From positions 83,638,001-83,702,000 of the forward strand of contig NC_043003.1 in NCBI RefSeq assembly GCF_006345805.1: a DNA stretch of 64,000 nucleotides, read 5' to 3'. Below the pieces are notes generated by a model. It was not told where the DNA came from and did no database searches. It was given only the letters and a program-made list of their open reading frames with translations. This stretch comes from Octopus sinensis (lineage: Eukaryota). Position 1 is the first letter of the stretch. Every line of letters starts with the position of its first letter. Below, in pieces: positions 55,542 to 64,000 of the stretch. Made by a program: the position numbers and the translations under genes.

Positions 55542-55626
55542 AAAAATCCATGAAATGAAGGAGGGTTCCTATTCTGATAAGGTTCTGCAACATGAAGCGC
55601 TGGAATGTGCTTTCGTTATGTTCAAG
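55542..55626 (+). CDS. Candidate internal exon of an unidentified plus-strand gene (KIHEMKEGSYSDKVLQHEALECAFVMFK)
   Basis: Strong acceptor TTTCTCTTTGTTTACAG, donor AAG|GTAGAG, open non-repetitive frame. Confidence 0.35.
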
Positions 55627-55892
55627 GTAGAGCTGGAAATACCACCTGATAAGGTTTATTACCTGGCAAACTGATCTCACTTGAAACACACGAGAAAATT
55701 TTTAAAAAATAGAACGAAGAATGAATACCTATGATACTGTATTTATTGTATGTTTCGCTTGTCAGTTGCACTTTTACTTGTGTGACTGACCTATAGGTAA
55801 ATCACTTTTCTGAATAGCAAACATACTTTACCAACAGCACGAGAGAGAAAGAGAGAGTGCATGTGTGTGTGTGTGTGTGTGTGTGTAAATAT

Positions 55893-55958
<66 letters not shown>

Positions 55959-56264
55959 TGGTCCAGCAACAAAATTTGCTAAGGGGGTGCAAACCTAAGT
56001 CCTAATATTTTTATGAAAAATGTTGATTTTTCCAATGTTAACATAAAAAATACATGTATAATAATAATTTTTGTTATTATGAGGATTCGGCTGAAATGTT
56101 CATAATCTAAGCAAAACACTCTCAATCGAATGTGACCAAATGAAGTTCATTTTCTAACATAGTTCCTCTTACTGTCCACAAACAGTTGCAGTGCTTGGAT
56201 CGCACTGCCGAAGAAGTTTTTCTGTTCATCAAAATGGTCATCAACAACAGATAAGATAGGGATG

Positions 56265-56620
56265 ACACTTCCTGGAAAATTTCGAAGACTTCCTGGAGAG
56301 TTCCGACGATGAGACTCCCTGGAAAGTTCCGACGATGAGACTTCCTGGAATACTCCTACGAATACCTGGAAAGTTCCGACGATGAGATTTCCTAGAAAAT
56401 TCTGAGGACTGTCTGGAAAGTTCAGATGATGAGAGAATTCTTGGAAAGTTCCGAGGACTTCCTGGAAAGTTACGAGGATGAGACTTCTGGATAATTCCGA
56501 AGATGAGAGACTTCCTGGAAAATTCCGACGACTTCCTGGAAATTTCTGAGGATGAAAGACTTCCTGGAAAGTTCCGAGGAAGAGAATTCCTGGAAATTTT
56601 CGAGGACTTCCTGGAAACCT
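56265..56620. repeat. Degenerate 18-28-bp minisatellite (CTTCCTGGAAAGTTCCGA(C/G)GATGAGA)
   Basis: At least 13 recurring CCTGGAAA..TTCCGA motifs. Confidence 0.85.
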
Positions 56621-57172
56621 CCTAGCGGTGGTCAGTCATCCCAATTGCGCTCAGAGCGAGCTCTGGTCGCCATAGCGCTGACTGTGGGCTCCTAGCGGGG
56701 GTCAGTCATCCTAATGGTGCTCAGAGCGAGCTCTGGTCGCCATAGCGCTGACTGTGGGCTCCTAGCGGTGGTCAGTCATCCCAATGGCGCTCAGAGCGAT
56801 CTCTGGTCGCCATAGCGCTGACTGTGGGCTCCTAGCGGGGGTCAGTCATCCTAATGGTGCTCAGAGCGAGCTCTGGTCGCCATAGCGCTGACTGTGGGCT
56901 CCTATCGGGGGTCAGTCATCCCAATGGCGCTCAGAGCGAGCTCTGGTCGCCATAGCGCTGACTGTGGTCTCCTAGCGGGGGTCAGTCATCCCAATGGCGC
57001 TCAGAGCGAGCTCTGGTCGCCATAGCGCTGAGTGTGGGCTCCTATCGGTGGTCATTCATCCCAATGGCGCTCAGAGTGAGTCCTGGTCGCCATAGCACTG
57101 ACTGTGGGCTCCTAGCGGGGGGTCAGTCATCCCAATGGCGCTCAGAGCGATCTCTGGTCGCCATAGCGCTGA
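56621..57172. repeat. 70-bp GC-rich minisatellite, about 8 copies
   Basis: Units CCTAGCGG(T/G)GGTCAGTCATCCCAATGGCGCTCAGAGCG..ACTGTGGGCT start at 56621, 56691, 56761, 56831, 56901, 56971, 57041 and 57111. Confidence 0.95.
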
Positions 57173-57174
57173 CA

Positions 57175-59420
57175 TTGGCAGTACAGTCATCGCAAAGCTG
57201 TCTTAAAAGCTCGTAAAGAACCTTGCATATCTCCTCCGGTTCGTTTACCACAGGGTTCCATCTCGCAGCGTTGGATCCTTGTCGACCCATTGCACGAAAC
57301 TTCGACCTGACAATCCAAACTTCGTGTTAAATACTCGGCGTGTTGGTTGAGCGCCAATCTCGGTGCCAACACTTGGGCTGCCTCCACCATTTGTTGTTCA
57401 TAATGGCGCCTGTGAGAGCCTTATTTTCTCATCCGGTTCCAGTACTCCTCACAGGTCAAAACCGACCTGTTAATTTTCCAGTAGCCAGGGCCTTGTCTAC
57501 ATATCCTATCTACAACTAGCTTACAGGACACAAGTTTGTGGTCGCTGTAGTTAACAAAGTGGAATTGTGGACATCTAGCTTCTCCTTGTCTTTCCGTCTA
57601 ACTAAAATTCTATCTAAATAAGACCTAGAAGACCTGTCGCTATTCGTCCAGGTCCACAGTGGAGCGTTCGGAAATTTTAGTCTGTACCGATCTGCCAGCT
57701 GAAAGCGACTAAGCAGATCTACACGTGCATCGCAAATTGTGTTAAAATCACCCAGCAGTACTAAATTGTGAGACGTGCCTAGGAAATTTTCTAGGTTTCT
57801 AAAAAAAGCAGATTGTCCAGCCCCGCAGTGGATATAGACACCTACAAGCCTGATTGTTCTAGTCTCGGAAACCAGGTTTTCCTGAGTAGGATCGTGACAC
57901 CACTACCCCCATCCACACCCACCCGGTTGACATGGAGTTCAGGAGTGGGGAAAAGTCCCGCAACCTATTCAGTCTGGTCTCCGTGGCCACTATCACATCC
58001 AGTCTATGTGGCCTGAGGTCATTAAGAAAGTGACCTTGCTTCCAATCCGACCTGAGGCCACGAAATTTAAATATCATACTGTTTCTCCTCACCCCGAGCG
58101 GATAAGTCTGTGAGTGAAACCATGAAATGTGGTTTACCTTCCCTCGTACATGGACTTGCAAATGTCCATTCTTGGAGGGCCTATGTCCTTCGAGTGGTAG
58201 CTATGCAATAAATTGTAATTGTCTCTGTCGATTTCATAGATTACAATTCCTCCCGGTAGAATAGTTTAATGATTGGTGTATTCTTTTGCGGTTGGAGTTT
58301 TTTAATGCCTGGTTGTTAGCATTCACTGCTATCGGGCTCGTTTCTCGTTGGGAGGGGAAATATTTTTCGGGACTGGGAGGGGTAGATTCTACAGGTGATT
58401 TTGGGGGTCCATGTTTGGGTTGAGGTGGGGGGTGGTGGTCATGTGTGTCTGTGGGTGGGGGTGTTTTTCTTTTGCTGGAGCTGGAAGTTGAAGGGGTGAA
58501 GTTGGCAGTTTTTCTTTTAGGGACTTTTTTTATGGGTTATATTAGTCCATCCTTCTTTGTTTCCTTGTTTTATGATTTTTGTTGGAGACTCTGCTGGCGG
58601 CGCTGTTTCTTCTTTTAGGGCGGGACAGTTTATCCGAATGTGGCCTTTTTCCCCACATTCGAAGCACCGTGGCCTCCTACCCTCCACCGTCACCCTCAAC
58701 GTAGTTTCCTCATTAATCACGATGTTTTCCACTATCTCTTGAAGAGTTTGTTGAGCTGCTTGAATCATGATCTCAAGCTCTTGTTCCTTCCAATGTTGCT
58801 GCTCTATTTTACTAACCTCGAGAATTGTTATTTTATCCTCGAGACCTATGATTAGAGCAACGCGGAGTCATGTTACATCTATTTCTGGTGGAATTTCCTC
58901 CACTGTGATTTTTTTAGGTATGTCTACCTAAATAAGTCGGTAGCAGTACTGTTACTGAAAGCTCCTTCGCTCTTCACTTTTTAGGTGGACGACAATGGTT
59001 GCAAATTTGCGACCTCTGGTGATAAATGCAATGTCCCACCATATTGGTTGCAAGCATTTCTCGACCCCCTCTCTTCACGCATAGTCCAACTTTTTAGTTT
59101 TAATGTTCAGACATTTAAAACCAATTATTTTTTTTTGCCGTGTTTTCAATTAACTCAGGAAGGTGGCTTTCAAATCATACCCCTCCCTCTCCAACATATT
59201 TTTGAATTGGTTTAACTATTCATTTGTCATGTTTAAGGTTTTCCTTTTTAGTCTTGCTACTGCAGCGAAATTAGACTCAATTGTTTCAACGATTTTTCCG
59301 TTCAAAAATTCTTCGCCCGACGGCATGGTCAAAACTTTATAAGAAGGCATTTTAAAATTGGTTTCCTCATATATTTCTTTCTTTTGGGTTGGAGAGAAGC
59401 CCTTGCGCAAGAGAATAAAT
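57175..59420 (-). mobile_element. Tx1/L1-clade LINE remnant: ORF1 with CCHC knuckle + APE endonuclease; no RT visible
   Basis: CFECGEKGHIRINC (58625-58666); FRGL..DVIVATET, WTWTNSDRSSRSYLDRILV, SDHKLV (57538-57546), GYWK. Confidence 0.85.
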
Positions 59421-59819
59421 AATTCCCCTCCTCAAGAGGGGAATAACGTTCAAAATTCTGCTAAACGCGATAAAACAAGGTGTTTTGTTTTTTAAAAAAA
59501 CACACAACAAATGAAACAACAGCAAATTCAACAATTAAATTAACAATAACCAGCAACTTACAGTTTAATACATCAACAGAACGGAGAAAAAGCGAATTAA
59601 TTTTATTTCAACCACAAGGGGACAGTACAAATGAATCTGGGTATCGAATGTTGTTACACAAAAGTGTATCTAAAAATGTTATGATAATATAAAACGAATG
59701 AAGCGACAGACATATCACAACACAGTGGAATGGGGGAACTGTTCCGACTAGGCAGCACGTTATGTTCTTGAGCAAAACATTTCATTTCACCTTGCTCAGC
59801 CGTAAATATCCTCCTGAAC

Positions 59820-60965
59820 CTACAAAAGAGATGAGTAGTAAGTACCAAATTACCATTCCTAGATAGAATGGCAATTAAAAAGGACACCACCATTACCACA
59901 GATATATACCACAAACACACGGACGCACATCAATACCTGAATTGTAAGTCATGCTATCCACCACATTCAAAGCGCAACGTCCCATACTTTGTACTCTACT
60001 TATAGAAAATGGCATAGAGCGAGCTATAAAAATACCCATACAACAACTGAGAACAACCGAAAGAAGAGGATAACTGGAACAGGTCATACCATTTATAGTG
60101 ACACACAACCCATGTCACCAGAATATCTTCAACATTGCCAAAGCAAACCTACCAACCATTGCTCAAATGAATTAAGATATAATCCCAGATCGAACTATGG
60201 TTCTTAGTAAAAGACAGTCTAAAAACTTGAAAAAAATTATTAAAAGGCGAAGTTTGACCTTAGCAAAAGAAGACCAATCATTCACTGTATCTAAATGCAG
60301 TGATAGACGGTGTGGCACACGTGCCAATTCATTCATACCGGCCAATATAGGAACACAAAAGCAGGGAAAATATTTAATTTACTGCATCAAATATTCACAA
60401 AAGTAAAAATTTTACTTACTGCACCAAATGCCTAAATTGTGAAGAACTCTATATGGACAGACTGAAAATGCACTATCAGAACGTTCACATGTGCACCAAC
60501 ACAAATTAGAGACCCAGATGTCCGTCAGATACCTTTGAGTAACCAGCTAGCTAAATGCGATAACTGAAATAATATTTACGACATTTCTAAAAATAGACCA
60601 ACAATTACTGGTTTGGCCAGGGTCAAAACACAAGTCTCTTGACATGTTCAACAAACCGTGACGCCTAAACTAAACAATCAAGTTAGATAAATTATTAAAA
60701 TCACACACACTGATTGGTCAGAATACAGTTTGCTAAATTTAACATTCCGGAACACAACTTATCCACTGACTACAGTTAGAAATTGTAAAACATAACTGTC
60801 ACCACGACTATATGAGTCTGAAGATTGCATAGTTTAATGCATGAAAGTACTAGTTCAATCAGAATGGACATTTAATATTCTATCATTTCGTTATATTCTC
60901 GTATCTAATATTACATCACTATAAGATTGTGAATAAAACGTAAAAATCAAAGTTGGAATTTCTTT
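59820..60965 (+). mobile_element. 5'-truncated, decayed Penelope-like element (RT C-terminus + GIY-YIG + pLTR)
   Basis: Across frameshifts it reads LPFLD..ITTDIYHKHTDAHQYLNCKSCYP, IPFIVTHNP, SKRQSKNLKKI, KCSDRRCG and Y(I)GQTENAL..IRDPDVRQIPLS, collinear with the 37604-38578 protein. Confidence 0.85.
60811..60857 (+). ncRNA. Degenerate type-I hammerhead at the end of the second PLE
   Basis: CTGAAGA 60818-60824; TGCAT/ATGCA stem II with U-U at its base; GAAA 60843-60846; AGTACT palindrome; A17=60852; stem I TGAGT/GTTCA with wobbles. Confidence 0.55.
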
Positions 60966-60984
60966 GAGTAATACATATATATAT

Positions 60985-61428
<444 letters not shown>

Positions 61429-61744
61429 CTGTACTGGGAGAAGAAGAAGAAACGAAACGAATCGAATCGAATCGACGCGAGGGCGCTCAGTCATACAATA
61501 GTGTAATAAATAAAATATATGAATACATACATACATATATGTACGTACCTACATCTACATGTATATATACATGCATATATAAATATATATACGTGAGTAC
61601 AAGACACCACAAATAGACACAGAACTCAACGAGAACGAAAACGAAAAAACAAGCATGGAACGGACCTTTTTTTTTTACAACGAAAAAACAGAGTACAAGA
61701 CAAACTACACAAGGAAAAACCCCCTTCATCAGTTGTCCCTAGTT

Positions 61745-61811
<67 letters not shown>

Positions 61812-62168
61812 TTCATTTGTTTCAGTCATTTGACTGCGGCCATGATGGAGCACCGCCTTTTGTCGAACAAACTGACTCCAGGACTTATTCTTTGTAAACC
61901 TATTACCTACTCTATCGGTCACTTTTGCCGAACCACTAAATTACGGGAGAGTAAACACACCAACATCAGTTGTCAAGAGATGGTGGGGGGGGGGACAAAC
62001 ACAGACACACAAACATATATGACGGGCTTCTTTCAGTTTCCGTCTGCGAAATCCACTCACAATGCTTTGCTCGGCCTGAGGTTATAGTAGAAGACACTTG
62101 CCCAAGGTGCCACACAGTGGGACTGAACACAGAACCATGTGGTTAGTAAGCAATCTACTTACCACAAA
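61812..62168 (-). mobile_element. SINE family A
   Basis: Full-length match. Confidence 0.8.
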
Positions 62169-62189
62169 GACTCAGCGCTTTCAGATATT

Positions 62190-63080
62190 GTCGGTAAATA
62201 AGACTTTTAACCTAAGGTATTTTACCAGTGAACGTTCCTTGTAATCATTCAATTTCTTCTATGAGACCGGATGAGTTAGAAGATTATGAGTTTGCTGCAT
62301 TTAAAGAAGTCGTTAGTGCCCTGAATCATCATGTTACCGTGTGTCAAATATTGCGATTTGGGTGAATTCGTTTGTAATGAAGATGCTGAAATTTTGAAGT
62401 ACTAATTTTCATATTTTTTTCTGGTTTAGCTCCTAGCCATCGATATTTTTGAGTAATTCGTTCCCTGATGTATACGACGTATTATAGAAATCTATTTGCA
62501 GTAATAGGTTGACTCCTACCGTATAGGGAGTTAAAGAACCATTCTCCGACATTTCCTGTGATACCAAGATTTCTTAAATTATGATAGCTGATTCCATGAT
62601 CCGTCTTGTCAAACGCCTTATCGATTTAACAGTCAATGATCTTTCCTCTTAAGAGATTATTAGAGGTAGTGTTATGATGTTGTAAGCATTGTGACAGACA
62701 ACTTCGTTCAGCCCGAAACCTATTCCGAGTGTCATCTAAGTTGTTTTCCCTCAGGTATGTTATTACTTTTTGTCTTCAGACAAGGCATTGGATAATTTTA
62801 GACGTGTAAGACTTGAGGGAAACAGGTCTGTAATTTTTAGCTTCAGCACTGCTACCTCCTTTGTACCTATATAGGTTTTATTATAGCTTCTTTCAATAGT
62901 CTCGGGAATATGAAGGTATCTGGCGACTTTTGAAATAGTACCTTTAATGATTTCATGAGGCGGTTTTTGCACGTTTTTTAGCAATATAATTAGAATACTA
63001 TCTGGTACAGATGCTGAGTTTGAGTCTAAATCACTAATAGCCGCAAGTATATCAACTTCCATGATATTAATTTTAAGTTG
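62190..63080 (-). mobile_element. Old CR1-clade LINE RT remnant
   Basis: ILAAISDLDSNSASVPD..ILLK, FRAERSCL, DKAFDKTDHG..LRNLGITG; heavily decayed. Confidence 0.75.
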
Positions 63081-63089
63081 TGTCTCTGC

Positions 63090-63960
63090 ACTTGAGTTGT
63101 GGGGTCAAAGAATTCGCTTGGGTTATGCACGGGGCTGGGATACGGACGGAGAGTACAGCCTTCCGCCCGTTGAAACGAAAGTGTCGGGGATAAAGTTTGC
63201 GATCATGTCCACGAAGACCTCTATCCGGCGCTGGGGTGAAAATCTCCGCAAATGGTAAGTTTACATGTCCGTTGAAGATGTTGAAAGCTGGATGAGATCT
63301 CCATGCATCCTCCGTCGTTCGAGTGAAGGCAATGCCAGCCGTTGGGGACGTTCCTCTTACGCAAGCTTAGACAAGCCCGCGCCCATTCGGGTTGCCAAGT
63401 GTTGAACCCGTTCCAGGTGTTGAATGTCTTTCTGGAGATATGGGTTTGAGTTATGGATGCAATATTCGAGGATGGGTCGAACTAGAGTGATGTATACAGG
63501 CTAAAAGACGTCCATTTGAAAGGATCGGTGGATGAGGAAAAGATTCCTTCTGGCTTTGCGAAGTACAAAAATACCACACCCACCAAGTCTTTTTCAGCCA
63601 TGGTCCTTGTAATCCATTCTTCAAGAAGGAGAAGATTTGTTAGGCAAGATCTTCGGGGTAGAAATCCATGCTGCGAGTCGGATATATATTTGTACCATAT
63701 ACAGATAATTGTATAATGCTTTGGTTGGATATAGCTGTGGGAATGAATTGAACATTGTGAATAAAGACAAAGTCGAGTATGTTATTTTCCCCTAATTGGA
63801 CGGGTAATAATGTATGGGAAAATCTTTTGTTGTATCGAGGAAAGCGTTCGTATCCCTCCACTTCGGTTGCTTAGCTCCAGGCTGGATATAATCCTCGGAT
63901 CAGCTAAGATTAATAAAATTAAAGACCCCTGTTAAAAGCATATTAGCCCGTATGCTGGCC
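63090..63960 (-). mobile_element. Internally deleted CR1-clade LINE (EN C-terminus + RT start + C-terminal domain)
   Basis: GENNILDFVF, QHGFLPRRSCLTNLL..VFLYFAK joined to TLVRPILEYC..LERVQ..SLERRR. Confidence 0.85.
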
Positions 63961-64000
63961 TCAGCTAGGGTTAGACTTATGAGCGAAAAAAGCACCTCTT

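Noticed and set aside
55957-56260. CAGTGG-starting segment resembling a DNA transposon terminus
   Set aside because: No matching opposite TIR or TSD was found.
56621-57172. Regular 70-bp repeat superficially like a CRISPR array
   Set aside because: There are no unique spacers, the units are contiguous, the context is eukaryotic and no cas genes are present.

Overview
This is AT-rich eukaryotic (animal) genomic DNA. It is saturated with (TA)n/(TACA)n/(CA)n microsatellites and SINE families; from my recollection of these repeats it is most consistent with an octopus (cephalopod) genome, which is an inference, not a database result. Most ORFs in the supplied track are microsatellite artefacts. 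Real coding content is mostly transposon-derived: a nearly intact Penelope-like element (RT + GIY-YIG, about 36.0-39.7 kb), a second decayed Penelope-like element, RTE, CR1, Tx1/L1 and R4/Dong-type LINE remnants, mariner and DD37D remnants, non-autonomous Helitrons and a MITE. Host-gene signal is limited to two apparently paralogous 46-nt signal-peptide first exons on the minus strand (26315-26360, 11349-11394) and a few weak exon candidates. The main result of the hunt is a set of minimal type-I hammerhead ribozyme folds in Penelope pLTR-type repeats. One is fully canonical and sits in a 535-bp retrozyme-like unit with an inverted copy (33.7-34.7 kb). One has a U3-A8 core, and a repeated fold-back family (49.0 kb, 61.1 kb) has a swapped G3-C8 catalytic-core pair.
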